Source of the DNA: Lama glama | Taxonomy: Eukaryota | Assembly: GCA_028534125.1 (NCBI GenBank) | Contig: CM052817.1 | Location: forward strand, 83,826,001 to 83,890,000 | Reading direction: 5' to 3' | Length of the DNA: 64,000 bases | Shown here: positions 12,880 through 26,841 of the stretch, one piece after another | Position numbering within the stretch: the stretch's first letter is position 1 | Layout of the letters: each line of letters begins with the position of its first letter | Program-made: the position numbers and the translations under genes | Notes under the pieces: model-generated | What the model was told of the DNA's origin: nothing | The model's input: the letters and a program-made list of their open reading frames with translations, nothing else | Databases searched by the model: none

Positions 12880-13740
12880 TTTTCTGTTTGCTACATACAT
12901 ACAATCAAATTTGCCTTTTTGCTGTATAGTTCTATGAATTTTGATGGACTTAGACACTTGTGCCCCCCGTGTAACCAGTCACTTTCCCCACTAACAGCCC
13001 CCGGGGAACCACTGATCTGATTTTTTGTCCCTCTAGTTTTGCCTTTTCCAGAATATCCTATAAATAAATTACACAGTTTGTAGCCTTTTGTTTCTGATTT
13101 CCTTGACTCAGCATAGTGCTTTTGAGATTCATTCGTGTTATTGCATGTAGTAGTTTTTTCTTGTTGTTGACTAGTATTTCTTAGTAAGGATGTACTATAA
13201 TTTACTCAGTCACTTGATAGACATTGAAATTGTTTCCAGTTTTTGGAGATTATGAATAAAGCATGGGTCTTTGCGTGTACCTATGTTTTCATTTCTGTTG
13301 GGTAAATATTGAGGATTGAGATTGCTGGAATGTGTGGTAAGTATATGTTTAACAGTAAAAAATTGCCAATCTATTGTCCAAAGTGGATTTAACCATTTTG
13401 CATGCCACCATTTTGTATGAAAGTTCCATTTGCTCCATGGCCTCATCACTTGGTATTGTCAGTTTTTTGAATAATAGATATGTAGTGGTTTGTCATTGTG
13501 GTTTTAATTTGTATTTCCCTAATGACTAATGATGTTGAGCATCTTTTTATGTTCCATGTGTTTATTTGCTGTCAGTGTACCTTATTAGTTGAAATGTCTA
13601 TGCAAATCACCTGCTCATTTTTATTGGAGTATTTGGGTTTTTTTTAATCACTGTAAGAGTTTTTTCTGGATATAAGTCTTTTAAGTGTATTTTACAATTT
13701 TTTTTCCAGTCTTTGGTTCATCTTTTAATTTTCTTAAAAA
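12880..13740 (-). mobile_element. Old L1M 3' fragment
   Basis: aaccactgatctg, ttgagattcattcgtgtt, ccctaatgactaatgatgttgagcatctttt. Confidence 0.8.
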
Positions 13741-14924
13741 CTCTTTGAAAGTCTGGCTATTTTGGCAAATATTTTGAACACATGTGCTCTATATTTTAAA
13801 AACCAGCTATAGGAAAGTCTAGGTTTTTAAAACACTATTAACTAGTGATTTGTTACAAAACTAATGATGATTTGTTTTATGAAAAAAATTACTTGGAGCA
13901 ATACCACTATTGTATTTATTTATAGACAATAAGTTTATTTAAAATTTCTGTATACTTTAATTTGAAGAAAGTTAAATTTTTTTCTTGCAGAGTTTATCCT
14001 TGGAAAAAAGTACTATAATTATGCTTATAGTAGAATGAGATTATTAACTATGGACTTTGTGCAATAGCAAAGATCCAGCTCACTGTCATTTTTGAAAAAG
14101 TTACTGATTTCCCCCAATCTCTCTACTTCAGTAGGAACCGGTAACTTCATTGCATGCTTTTTTGGTCTGTCTGTATTCCCATTAAGTCTTCAAACACGAT
14201 TTTCAGAGCGCTGATTATGTGTTTCTAAAGCTTTTATCAGTAAGGAAGGGATATTTAATAAAACTATTGCGTTACTGACATGGGTTAGCATTATTAATAC
14301 ATAGTGGCTGATTTACAGTAAGAAATAGTAGTACTCTGAAATGCAGAAAAACACAAGCATAGTGATTTAGAACAACACAGGCCTGCATTCATTTAACATT
14401 TATATGTACCTACCATTTATTGCACTGGGAAAGATGTCTTTTCCCTTAAGGTGGCAAGGCTTCATTAGGCTTTGTAGTATAAACATGCTAATTAAGAGCA
14501 TGCACTTGAACTTGCATACATATATCCTCGTAGATCAGGGACTTCTGGCAGTGTCCTGAGACTTCTGTAAAGTGGAAATTGTAACAATGCATAACTTCAT
14601 AGGCTTGCCATGAGTATGAAATATGTAATGGCAGTATCTGGCTCTAAATAAGACGTTACTGTTGCTATTAGTCTTCAGGGATGTGCTTCTCTTGATCACG
14701 CCTTCTATCTTCAGTTCATTTCTACCAGCCCTTTCCTAAATGTGTTTGAATATGCTCAGGTCTTTCCTTTCTTGAAAAAACTATCAAAAGAATCAAAGTA
14801 TACTTTAGCTGACACCGATATCTACCCTGGTTGAGTAGATCTACACAGCCAAATTTAGTGAGTCTGTTTTTTCCTCTCCCATTTATGTTTTTTCTTACGG
14901 CATTTTTTTCTGGTTTTTTCCTTT

Positions 14925-15470
14925 GATACATGTATATTGTAATATGATTGCTATTATAGCATTATCACTTAACATACTTATAGTACAATATTGTTGTTTA
15001 TAGCCATTATACAGTGCATTAGATTTCCAAGGCTTATTTACTACTGGTTTGAGTTTGTACTTTAAACAACATTGATCTTATCCTCTCCCCCATCCCCTGG
15101 TAACCACCATTTTACTGTTTTTGGTTGTTTTTTTTTTTTTTACTTACCAGTTTGGCTTTTTTAGATTCCACATAAAATTGATATTATACAGTATTTATCT
15201 TTCTGTCTTATGTATCTCAATTAGCATAATGTGCTCAAGATCCATCCATGTTGTCAGAAATGGCAGAATTATCTTCTTTCCTCACAGCTGAATTATCTCT
15301 TGTGTATATATACCACATATTTCTTACCCATTCATTTATTAAAGGGCTTTGCATAGTCTCCATATCTTGGTTACAGTAAATAATGCTGTAGTACACATAG
15401 GAGTGCATGTATCTCTGAAAACTTTTTTATTTCCTTTGAGTGGATACCCAGAAGTGAGTGGAATTGCTGG
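14925..15470 (-). mobile_element. L1 3' fragment (L1MA-like)
   Basis: cccctggtaaccaccatt, ttttagattccacata, tccatccatgttg, tacccagaagtg. Confidence 0.8.
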
Positions 15471-17909
15471 TTTGACTCAGCTTACTGCATTTTTGGTACT
15501 TGCTCTACAACTGAAAGCTATTTGTGTCTTCCTTTTTTATTAGATCAAGTTGATCCTTGCTCTGCAACTGATCAGTTGTATAACTGTATTCAAGTTATTT
15601 AACCTCCTCATGCTCAATTTTCTCATTAAAATAGGACAAATAAGCTATTGTAGAGTATGTGGACTTAGAGGAGTAATTAACATAATAACTGTAGTCCTTA
15701 GAACTGTGCCTAGTACTATGTCATTTGAAACCTTGTTTCCCAAATTGGCTGACCTTGTGGTTTCACAGAATGTGTGCTGCTCTCTTATTCTTCTAGATCT
15801 TTACACATGCTAGTCTTTATTCTCTTAGTGCCAGTCATAGGACCAGAAACCAACCATATAACATCTATGTATTCCAGCATTGGTGGTTATTCATAATAAT
15901 AGGTATCATTAAGAAAAGGGCCAAAAATAATAGGAAAAAACCTCAGATAAGTGGAAATATTGACTGTGTACCGTATCTCATTGTTTAGGAGTTCATGATA
16001 ACCAAGTTTTAGTAAAAATATGTCTAACTTTGGTTTGTCTTGATCTTTTCCCTAATATACGTCTGATATAGTTTTTGTATCATTCTTTTAAGGCCTAAAT
16101 CACAACTTTTCCACTTTCTATTCTCTTGATTTTCTTCTTGAATTTTTTTCTAATAGGGATTTAATTCTCTGTGATTCAGGATTCAAAGGGCATACAGTGA
16201 AAATTTTCCTTCTCATCTTTCAGCAACAGTGAACTAGTTAAACCTTCCTTGGTGTGGCAGTTAGTGTTACTTCTTTTTTGTGTATTCCTCCTAAAGTATT
16301 CATGTTATACTACATATACTGTCATGCCCCTTCCTTTTTTAAAAATAGCATATAATGGAAGATCATTTGATAGTTATATATAAAGAACTTTGAATTTTTT
16401 CCTGAAACAAATTTTAAGTTGAGACAACTTATACTGTATATTCGAAACTGTAAGATTACAGATGACTTTTCCCCTCTGCATATACCTGTGTTACTGTCAC
16501 CCAGATTAAGATAGAGAACATTTTCAACATCCCAAGGGGCTCTCTTGTACTTCATCTTAGTCGATACAACTGCTCTCCTCAAAGGTAGTTGCTTCTCAGA
16601 GAGCTTCCTCACCTGTTTTTTTAAGCATAACATAAAGTTATTTGAATTATTTTATATCTGACATTTGCTCATTATTGCTTCTGTAGGGTTTATCCTCCTT
16701 GGTGTGTGGCATTTGTTTATTTTCCATTTTTGGGTAGTATTCCATTGTATGATATGACAAATTTATTTTTTCATGTTTCTATTAATAGAAATTTGGGTTC
16801 TCTACAGTTTGAATACGTGATACTGTTGTGAACATTATTGTACATATTTTTGGTTGGACATATACAGTTATTTTCCTGTGAAATGGGTGGATAATGGGAT
16901 ATATATATGCACTTAGCTTTTGTAAATACTGCTAAACATTTTTTTCAAAAGAATTGAACCAGTTAAAACTTAACATTAATGAGAATTTCAGTTGCTTTAC
17001 ATCCTAGCCATCACTATTGGCAATCTTTTTCTAAAAATTTCAAGGAGCTTTTTTTCCTTTTAAATTCGGGTATAAATAACATGGTGTAAAATGCAGGGAT
17101 CTTATGTATTCAGTTTGAATTCTGAAAATTGTATAAACCTGCTCCAAGCAAGATATATGTAGTCCATTACTCAGTAAACTTCTTGAGTGGCCCTTTCTAG
17201 TCAGTCCCTTACCCTCTCACCTGTTGCCTCACCAAACCAAACCAAACCACTTTTCTGATTCTTCTAGCATAGATTCATTTTGTCTGTTCTTCGCCATTTA
17301 TGTAAATGGAATTCTGTCTCCGTGCTCTTTCATTTATAGTTTTTGAAATTCACCCATATTTTTACAGGATCTGGATGCTGGGTATACTGGTTTGCTACTG
17401 GGGTGTCATTGCTTCTAGAATGTTCAGTGGACAAAACTAGGAAAATATATTAGGAAAAAAATACACATATCACCAATTCAAAGCTCTTACCATAGGATTC
17501 TTCCTTATTTCCTTCATTCTGTATTTCATACTCTTCTCTTTCAGTGAATATACCAAATCTTATCAAAAGAGCTTGTATTTAAATAATTTTAAAGTAATTG
17601 TCTATTTATGGAAAATATAACTTGAGAAGTAAGTACAATACTACTATTACAGCATTATCACTTAACATATTTATAGTAATATAAGATTCTTAAAGTAATA
17701 TGTAGAATAGGTTCTTGAACTAAAATACAGTTTTAATTTTTTTAAGTAAACAAATTTGTAGGTTGAATCTTTGTATTTTTCCTAATTTGTAAAGGTGAGT
17801 ACCTTGGATTTCAGTTAAAATTCAGATAATAAGACTCTTAATTTTTATTTGGAAGAAATTTTGTTCTAGTTTTATTTTATCCTTAAATTAGAAGACATTT
17901 ATTTTTGAG

Positions 17910-18075
17910 AGGCACATATCCTAAGTGGCTAAGAATTGTAGTGGTGGATAATGATTTGAGTCCTGGTATTGCCTCATACTAAGTCTATGATCTTTATCAA
18001 GTTACTTTGTTTCTTTAAGCCTCAGTTTCCTCATCTATGAAATGTACCTTATACTTACAGGGTATTATGAGGAAT
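17910..18075 (+). mobile_element. MIR SINE
   Basis: Core caagttact...gcctcagtttcctcatctatgaaatg. Confidence 0.75.
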
Positions 18076-18490
18076 CTGTGTATGTATGTTCTTATTATTC
18101 AACAATGGTGGTAGTTATTAAAATAAATACAATGCCTATGTTTTATTTAGTTATATTAAGGGAAGTCAAAAAGAAATATGAGAAGAAAAAATTGACAATA
18201 AAAATTATAGTAAAAATCATTTGCTTCTAATTGATGCAGTAATCTTTGACTATTCTAATTGTGAAAACCAGATTATCTGCTACGTGTTAAATCGGGGTAT
18301 TTGTTACTTTACAGGGGCAGATGATTTTAAAATTTGTTCTATTCTAAGTAGTTCATGGATATTTTTAGAAACATTAACTAATACTGTATGCTGATTTTAG
18401 ACTTTAAAATTTTTTAGGTTATTAGAAGTGTAGGATGTACAATTAAAATTTTTTGAATGAAAGTTAATAGCTCAAAATTCCTATTTATAG

Positions 18491-18665
18491 GCACTGAAAG
18501 ATAGCACAGAAGTGGAAATTGTGGATGAGAAAATGAGAAAAAAGGTAGAACCCGAAAAATGGCCAATTCCGGGCCCTCCTCCACGTAGTGTGCCACAAAC
18601 AGACTTCTCTCAACTGATTGATTGCCCAGAGTTTGTACCAGGTCAAGCCTTTTGTTCACATACAG
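18491..18665 (+). CDS. LARP1B: LARP1B exon H; ALKDSTEVEIVDEK...TDFSQLIDCPEFVPGQAFCSHT (end of La motif and PAM2-like motif)
   Basis: tatag|GCA acceptor, G|gtaaca donor; 175 nt; overlaps ORF 18512-18829. Confidence 0.96.
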
Positions 18666-19249
18666 GTAACAGCTTTTCTTCTAAAGCAAACAGCCTAACA
18701 GTGGACTATTTAGTCCAGTTTACTCAGCCTTTTAAAAGTTTATTCAGATTCAATAGGAAAATCAAAGATAACTCAGTGGCTTTTGATGCTTTAAATTCTA
18801 TTTGTATTGCCTTCCATAGAGAGCTATAAATTAAATAGGGATTTAACAGTTATGGGTGGAGCTCTGTTCTATTTATGCTTAAATTATTTGTGTACTTTGT
18901 CATGTGTAGATTTTCTACCTATCTTCTCTTAATTTTAATGATCATAGATATCTTGTGCCAGTTTTCTCCTTATAAGATTGGAATAATTTAGAAGTTTAAT
19001 ATTCAAGAATGGGGGTAATTTTCCTTTAATTTTTTACCAAAATGCTTCAACCTTGTCTTGAAAAGACAAGATGACCTATATACTAATGCAGAATTGGGGA
19101 TCTCTTATGAAGTTATTGTAATTACATGTGTAATAATTGGTGGTATTTAGACTTTCCAAAAATTGTTTTAATGTTAAGAACTTTTTTCCTGGATCATTTT
19201 TAAGACATTCCCTCTTGGGAAAAAATATGTGTGCTTAAACTTTTTTCAG

Positions 19250-19269
19250 TCAGGGTGATGATCTGCTGA
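19250..19269 (+). CDS. LARP1B: Putative alternative terminal exon, coding part (V)RVMIC-stop
   Basis: cttaaacttttttcag acceptor (AG 19248-19249); phase-1 join to exon H gives VRVMIC*; repeat-poor downstream kb with several AATAAA. Confidence 0.55.
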
Positions 19270-20203
19270 TGCTCTTGGATGTCATTTGATCGGAATATGC
19301 AGAGGAATAGGTGACTCACTGAAATATCATTATAAATATTGGAACAAATCGTGCTGCAGAAATGGAAGCAACCAGACTTCTGTGCAAGAATGTCTACTCC
19401 CAACTCCTTGTGGAGGAGGTTGGGCCAACACTACAATGGAGATAAACACCTTTGTGATGATGAGAGACCAGAGGACTACTGTTGTTTTTACAGGAGCCGC
19501 CCATTTGTGTGTAATTAGCGTGGGCTGCATGTGCTACTTTTATTCATGGTGGGAAAGTTAATTATCATTCTGAAAATATTGCAAGAGTCTGTCTTTTCCT
19601 TCCAGACTTATGTACTTGTGTCCAGATCAATAAAGCAGAAAGAGGCTTGAGTGGAATTTCCTAGATTGTTAGGTCCTTTGATATTTGATTTGCCCTTCAG
19701 TATAGTGTACACTGTATAACTCATATGTTGTCATAATATTTCACATGGACTATAAGATTTATTAACGTGGACACTAAGGGCAAAGAAACTTAAGAAATGA
19801 AAGAGAGTATTTTTTTTAACTCTTCAAAGTATTTTTGATACACCAGTCTAGAGGCCTGCCATCAATAAAGCACTGATAGACAGTCTCAGATATTTTTATT
19901 TAGTGTTTCTTTGATTGTCAGCCCTCTGTGCCTCTAAACCTAACAAGCAACTTGGGCAGGTGTTTTAAAAGTTGAAGAACTTCAAGTGACATTTTTTTAG
20001 GTTTTTAAAAGAGGAATATAATATCTGATTGTATACATTAGATTAATTTATTGTGTAAACATGGGGTCCAAGATGATATTTTTAACCTTCTTATGAACAG
20101 GCATTAGGTGAGTTTGATAAATAGAAAATACTTTCTCCAAAGTTTAACTAAGATAGGTCAGTCAGGTTGGTAATGCCTGTCCATGAACCATTTATGCATT
20201 GTT

Positions 20204-20254
20204 AATAAAATTACAAGAATAAAATCACAATGTTTGTATATGTTTGTGTTTTTT
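20204..20254 (+). terminator. Candidate polyadenylation site of the short isoform
   Basis: AATAAA at 20204 and 20218 followed by GU/U-rich tgtttgtatatgtttgtgtttttt. Confidence 0.45.
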
Positions 20255-21968
20255 AATATACACTCATTTGTATACACATGCATACTGCCTGAAACAAGTC
20301 AACGTATATTTAAATGTCAGTTTTTAAGTTCCTTAGATCATACATAAGAAACTAGATGGATAATGAAGACATGTAGAAAGATGGAGTGTTCTTAGAACTA
20401 ATACTGATTCGCATTACATCATAGGAATAAATACATGCAAACTCAGCTTTTCCCCATGAATCTCCACATTTCTGACCTTAATAATTCCTCAGATAAGAAA
20501 GCCTTAGTTTCCTAAATGCAATAGAAAGTAATATGTCACCAAAACTTTGAGATGTAAATAAGGGATTGTATGATTGCATTTATCTGTACCCATGGGTAGA
20601 GAAAAGCAGTGAAACTTTTATCTATATTTTTATCTCAAATGAGAAGACCTTAAATTTTTTAAACATGGCCCTTAATGTGTACTTCCTGAAGGCTTTGTAT
20701 AATAAAATTAATTGGACCTTTTCTCCAAAAGAATTACAGTTTCTGTTTTTCCCCCTAAAGAGTTTGAATTGTCTAACATGACTTGGCCTTTGCACTGAAC
20801 AGAGGACCTTAATGCACTAGAAATTGTTGATACGAGAAAGGTAAAATGTTAGAACTGAAATTTAGGTTTTGCAGTTCTAGTGATACAATATTGCACTATC
20901 AACTCTTAGGTAAAAGAATTTCACTTAACCAGAATTGAAAGGTCAGTTACCTGACAGTCTTGTTTTTGTTTTTGTTTTTGGCTTTCTTAAAATGTAGGAG
21001 GATTCCCTAATGATTATTGAATAAGCTTTAGGATTTCTTTTGAACATTGATATCCAGAAGTATTCTTGAATGTGCCTCACATAAAATACACTTTTAACAC
21101 ACTCTATATAATTAACCAGAGCTGTGATTCAAGACGGATTTTAAAAAGTCATACTAGATGCGTGTCATGAAATATATATGGTGATTTATCTCTGGAGAGT
21201 CATGTGGACAATTGCAATTAATGAAATCAGCAAAGAAAAATCCTTTTTTCTAGGTTCTCCGAAATTAGAATCTGTAAGTGTCATAGTATGTGTCTAATTT
21301 TTGTCTATAAGTTTATAATGTCAAGTAATCAGTCATACTCAAACTCACTTGGTCTTGGAAGATTAGGGCTTTACCATTACTGTTGAAATTTACATGCATA
21401 TATTTCAAAATCTTTGTAAGAGAAAAGGCAGGTACAGAAAATCACATAAAGCATATGTGTATAAGGTGAACACTCTTTAAAAACTCTTAAGACTTCTGAA
21501 TTTCCTTGTCTTACCCAAATTCTTTGGTATTTTGATGTCATTTAATTTATAAGTACATGTGTTGTAAAATGTAGTGAAACACTTGACTCCATGGTAGAAA
21601 CATTCAACTTTAAATAGCATTTAGGGATGATTATATCATGAACTTAAGTAGGTGCTTAAAGATTAAATTTCTATGTTGAAAACAATAAATACTAATTTCC
21701 CTGACTTGTGCCAGGTGCTGTTCTAATCATATATACATGAAATATGCATACTAATTCACCTGGTTACTAGGGTGGTGGTTCTTAGTCTACTTTTAAAGCT
21801 TTATTCACTGCATGATATACGACATTCATAGTATTAGGAATAAGGTTCTCTGGAGTTAATGTTTTTCCCATTCCTGTAACTTTAATATCAATACTGACAG
21901 CCCAAACCTAGTATTTCACTCATACTACTTTTGTGGGTCAATTGATGGCATGTACCATTAAGTTGTAG

Positions 21969-22228
21969 AGCAGCAATGTCCAAAAGAAATGTGTTTGCCA
22001 CACCAGAATCCTTATAATTTTTAAATCCTTAAAAGCTATAGAACAAATGAAATTAGTTTTAATGTATCTAATTTTTATAAAATTATTATGATAATTGTTT
22101 TTGGGGGGTTTTTTTGTACCAAGTCTTTGAAATCTGACATGTATTTTAACTTATCCTGAGCACATTTCAGGGCTAGCCACATTTCGAGTGCTGGGTAGCT
22201 CCACATGACTACTGTCTACTGAACAGTG
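21969..22228. mobile_element. MER33/MER3-like hAT-Charlie element
   Basis: gcaatgtccaaaagaaat start; ctagccacatttcgagtgct near the end. Confidence 0.6.
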
Positions 22229-22692
22229 TAGTTTTAGAGCCTTTTCTGTTAGGAAACAATATAATTTGTTTTAAAGTAATAAAGTAGTCTGGTGGTTGAA
22301 TCCTGGGTCTGTGTGTCCATGGAGAAGATAATCCGTCTGATTCTAGCATGTAGTTGATGAAAGTAAAATCTTGGAATAGTCTTCTCAAACTACTAGAATG
22401 TGCCTTTGTGTTTTCATTTAGTAAATTGAAAGGATAGTTCATTTATTTCAGCTTTCTCTATGTAATATTCAACTTTGCAGTATTTTCAAGGAATTGGCTT
22501 TGAGGAGTAAATAGTGTTTAGAATTTTATAGTATAAATTTGTTTTTAAAACACTTTTTGTCCAAAGCAAATCCATATTGCATTATAGCTTGAATATTCTT
22601 TGACTTTTGAAAAAATTTTATAAAGGGATTGACTTGGGCTTTATTTACAGAGCATATAATTACTTTGATTAAAAGATAGTATAGAGAAAGCC

Positions 22693-22910
22693 TTTTTTTA
22701 AGAACATTTTTTATTGAGTTATAGTCATTTTACAATGTTGTGTCAATTTCCAGTGTAGAGCACAGTTTTTCAGTTATACATGAACATGGTATTCATTGTT
22801 GCATTTTTTTCACTGTGAGCTACCACAAAATCTTGTATATATTTCCCTGTGCTATACAGTATAATCTTATTTATCTATTCCACATAAGCCTGTCAATATC
22901 TACAAATTTT
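22693..22910 (-). mobile_element. Short, relatively young L1 3' end
   Basis: T-tract then attgagttatagtcattttacaatgttgtgtcaatttccagtgtagagc...ttccctgtgctatacag; imperfect flanking repeat gagaaagc / gagaaaagc. Confidence 0.8.
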
Positions 22911-23501
22911 GAGAAAAGCATTTTTAATTCCAGCAGAGTTGTAAAATATTTTAAATGTGTTTGCCAGGCCAGTGTACTTTAATGATGTGACATTCCTCTC
23001 TTTACATACTAACTAAGGGGCACAGTGCATTTAAGTTAAACTTGTTAAGCAAAGGAGATGAGGAAAGTAGGAGATTTGACTGTCTTAGTATAGATCCTAG
23101 TAGAACAATGAAAAATTGATTTTGCCTTGAGTAAAATATGCATTTGATTGGCTTAATAGCATTTGAGATTTGCTAATTTCATTACAATTAATAGATTTTA
23201 ATGTAAAATTTCACAAAATTGATTCAAATAGATGCATTGTCATAATTAGTAGGTGACTCACATTAGTATTGAGATATTTGAAAGTGTCTGCATAAGGGTT
23301 GATACATTCTTATTATTTATTGGCTTCATTCAAATATATCTTACAAGTTCTTAAGGTTTGAAACTCTTTGGAAAAGTTATAATTGAATTGATTTATCATG
23401 TTTTTGTGGAAAAAAATCAAGCTCAAGTAAAGAAAAAAATGTGTTTTATAAGTAAGAAAATCATTATTTTAACTGTAGAACTAACTTAAAATTTTTTTTA
23501 G

Positions 23502-23674
23502 AGTCTGCCCCAAATTCTCCAAGAATTGGAAGTCCACTGAACCCAAAGAAAAATACTGAAACAAGTAATCTTCAAGCAATGTCTAGAGGTTTGTCTACCA
23601 GTTTGCCTGACTTGGACTCAGAACCTTGGATAAAAGTAAAAAAGAGACATTGTCCATCCCCAGTGAAACTGAAG
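23502..23674 (+). CDS. LARP1B: LARP1B exon I; (E)SAPNSPRIGSP...LSTSLPDLDSEPWIKVKKRH...KLK
   Basis: ttttttag|AG acceptor, AAG|gtaagt donor; 173 nt. Confidence 0.96.
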
Positions 23675-24637
23675 GTAAGTTGTTATAACCCAAGTGAAGT
23701 GTGATATATCCTGAGTGGAATATAAGGCCCCTGTTTGTCAGGTATATATATAAAGTTTGAAAAGTTTAAAAAATTGTAAAGATTGGAACCATTGCCCTTC
23801 ATTAAAACTTATGAGTTACTATATAACTGAAAATTATATTGTGTCAGTTTTTAAATTCATCCTTTATTTCTGAATATGATTTCAGAATGTTTTGACTTAA
23901 TCTTTTGAGATTAGTTTAAATTTGAATATTATTTCTGCTTTTAAAGCTGACAAAATTTTTCTAAATTTTGAATTTAACTTTGCCGTATTATTTGTAACTT
24001 TGTTAATTATTTGTAAGGTTGTTTTACAAATATTTGTAGAAGATACATATCTGGTTTATATATGTTTTGGTGATTTTACAATAGGAAAAGAAGAGAATTG
24101 ATTTATTGTGGGCACGTAAGGGAGTAGACGCAGGTGGTTAGGAAGTAACAGGAGAGATCCTTTCGGTAGAGCTGCTGTGTTTTTGGCTGGTAGTTGGATA
24201 CATGAACTTCCAAATGTGGTAAAAATTGCTCTGATCTAAATCACGAACACAAATGAGTACTGTAAAACTGGGGAAATCCTAGTTAAGATTGATGGGTTAC
24301 ACCAATATTTCTCCTGTTTGTGATATTCTACTATAGTTTTGCAATATGTTTACATTGAGGGGAAACTGGGTTAAAAAATAGACAAGATCTCCATTTCTTA
24401 TACCTATGTGAATGTACAATTATCTCAAAAAGTTTACTAAAAAGAAACTTGGAAACAGTGCCACTCAAATAATTCAGATACTCAAAGTAAACTGTAAAAG
24501 GAGAAGACCACTAAAAATAATTGGGTCTAGATGTGGGAAGAATGAAGAAGGCTATCATATTGAAGATTATTATGAAAGAGCTCTTTATTCCTAAGGCTTA
24601 AGCGTGGAGAAAGAAAGCGTGAAGGATTTAGATTTAA

Positions 24638-24883
24638 GAGTGGTTCTCCTTTGGGGAAATGGAAGGTGTTAATATTTTGCCTCATCAGAGGATATTTGGC
24701 ATTGGCTGGAGGCATTTTTGATTTTTAAAACTGAGAGAGTATTACTGTGTCTTGAGTGAATGCCAGGGATGCTGTTAGACTTCCTGCGGTGTACAGGACA
24801 ACCCCGTAAACGTCTACCACATACATCCACACACTAAAGAATCAAGCCCAACATGTCAACATTTCTGAGTTTGAGAAACCCTG
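24638..24883 (+). mobile_element. MER20-like element
   Basis: gtggttctc start; gccagggatgctg; ends ttgagaaaccctg. Confidence 0.8.
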
Positions 24884-26195
24884 ATCAAAGATAACTTTTT
24901 AACTAGCAATAGAAGTTAAACACGACATACTTTAATGTTACAAAAGATTTTCCTCTAGTCTTGTTTATTATTTATATAATTCCGTTTGCTTTCTACTTTC
25001 CAGAAAGGCATAAAACTTTCTAATCTTTTGATAGTTATACTTGTTTTCATATTGACATGGATTTATTCTTTTCATTACTGCAAATATGTATGCTCAGTCA
25101 TCTTCAACCCAAAATCTCTTGTCTCTTCTTCACAAATTACAAAAAGTTTCATGTTTAAAACAAAAAATATATATATATATATAAAACTGATATGTAAAAA
25201 GTAAAAGACTCTGTTCATGGTTTACCATTATTAACAGTTTGGTATTTCTTTATTCTCAGACTTTTTTCACATACTTACAAATGTGAATAACAAGATATAT
25301 CATTTTTGTTTTTAAATATATTCACACTGTGTTAAAACTTCCTTTTTCTTTTTTTTAAGTAAAAACATCATGAACAGCCTTTTGTTTACTAGACTATTAG
25401 CTCCATCAGGACAGAGTTGTTGTTTTATTTTTTGCTGTATACCCCTGCCTAGAACAGTGCCCAGCTCTCACATAGTAAGGACCCAGATAATTATTAAATG
25501 AATATGGATCCACATGAACAGGAATTCTGAGAGAGAGGGATTATCTTATTTTAAGCCTAGGAGAGTTAGTATTTGCTGAAGGTTAAGGATATGACGGTCA
25601 GAGGATGGCAAGGGAAGATGACAACATTGAAAAATCTGTTTCCTTGTGTTGAGGGTTTGGGAACTCTAGGTTAGATTTTAGAGAATCTAGGATCTAAAAA
25701 TTCAGACTTTTTATATCACCGAGTAGGAAATTACTCTAGAAAGGGTGGAAATTCAATAATTTGATGAGTGTTGGAGTGTATTTAGCATGAAACTGAGCCA
25801 CATTGAATGGACATGAGGATTGGGCAGCAAGGTTAGCTAGGAAACTATGATATTAATATAATTGTGAGGTAAAAAGGATCGAGTCTAGGGGGGATCATTG
25901 AATCTGGAAGTCAGATGACCTTGGTTGTTTTAGTTCAAATTCTGAAATTGTGGACAAATAATATCACATCTCTAGGCCTTTCTTTCCTCATCTGTAAAAT
26001 GAGTTGATGTGCTGTAATGTATGAGCTAACTCCATTTTTAGTTCTAAAGGAGTCTTTTGATGTAGTCCTTTTATTCAACTTTGTGTTCTTCTTTAGTCTT
26101 AAACTTAGTGTTTAGCAATTACTTCATATTTATTAGGCTAACTTGGTTTTCTTTTACAATTCGATTGTTAAACTAGTAATTGAACATACAATATT

Positions 26196-26841
26196 TTTTG
26201 TTTGTTTTCATATTCTTTTTCATTAAAGGTTATTATAAGATATTGAATATAGTTCCCTGTGCTACATACAGAAGAAACTTTTTAAAATCTATTTTTAAAT
26301 ATAGTGGCTAACATTTGTAATTCTCAAACTCCCAAATTTATCCCTTACCACCCTCTTTCCCCAATAACCATAAGATTGTTTACTGTGTCTGTGAGTCTGT
26401 TTCTATTGTGTAGATGAGTTCATGGTGTGCTTTTTTTTTTAGATTCCACATATGAGTGATATCATGTGATATTTTTCTTTCTCTTTCTGGCTTACTTCAC
26501 TTAGAATGATGATCTCTAGGTCGATCCATGTTGCTGCAAATGGCATTATTTTACTCTCTTTTATGGCTGAGTAGTACTCCATTGTATAAATATATCACAA
26601 CTTCTTGATCCAGTCATCTGTCAGTGGACATTTAGGTTGCTTTCATGTTTTGCCTATTGTATATAGTGCTGCTGTAAACATTGGGGTGCGTGTATCTTTT
26701 CAATTTAGAGTTCCCTCCAGATATATACCCAGAAGTGGGATTGCTGGATCATATGGTAAGTCTATTTTTAGTTTTTTGAGGAATCTCAATACTGTTTTCC
26801 GTAATGGCTGCACCAAACTACATTCCCACCAGCTGTGTAGG
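26196..26841 (-). mobile_element. Young 5'-truncated L1 with TSD
   Basis: Well-preserved antisense L1 ORF2 end and 3'UTR; TSD tgaacatacaatatt (26181-26195) / tgagcatacaatctt (26842-26856). Confidence 0.9.

Noticed and set aside
19256..19322. C/D box snoRNA-like pattern (GTGATGA ... CTGA)
   Set aside because: No terminal stem outside the boxes, no recognisable rRNA guide, and the region is better explained as an alternative last exon.
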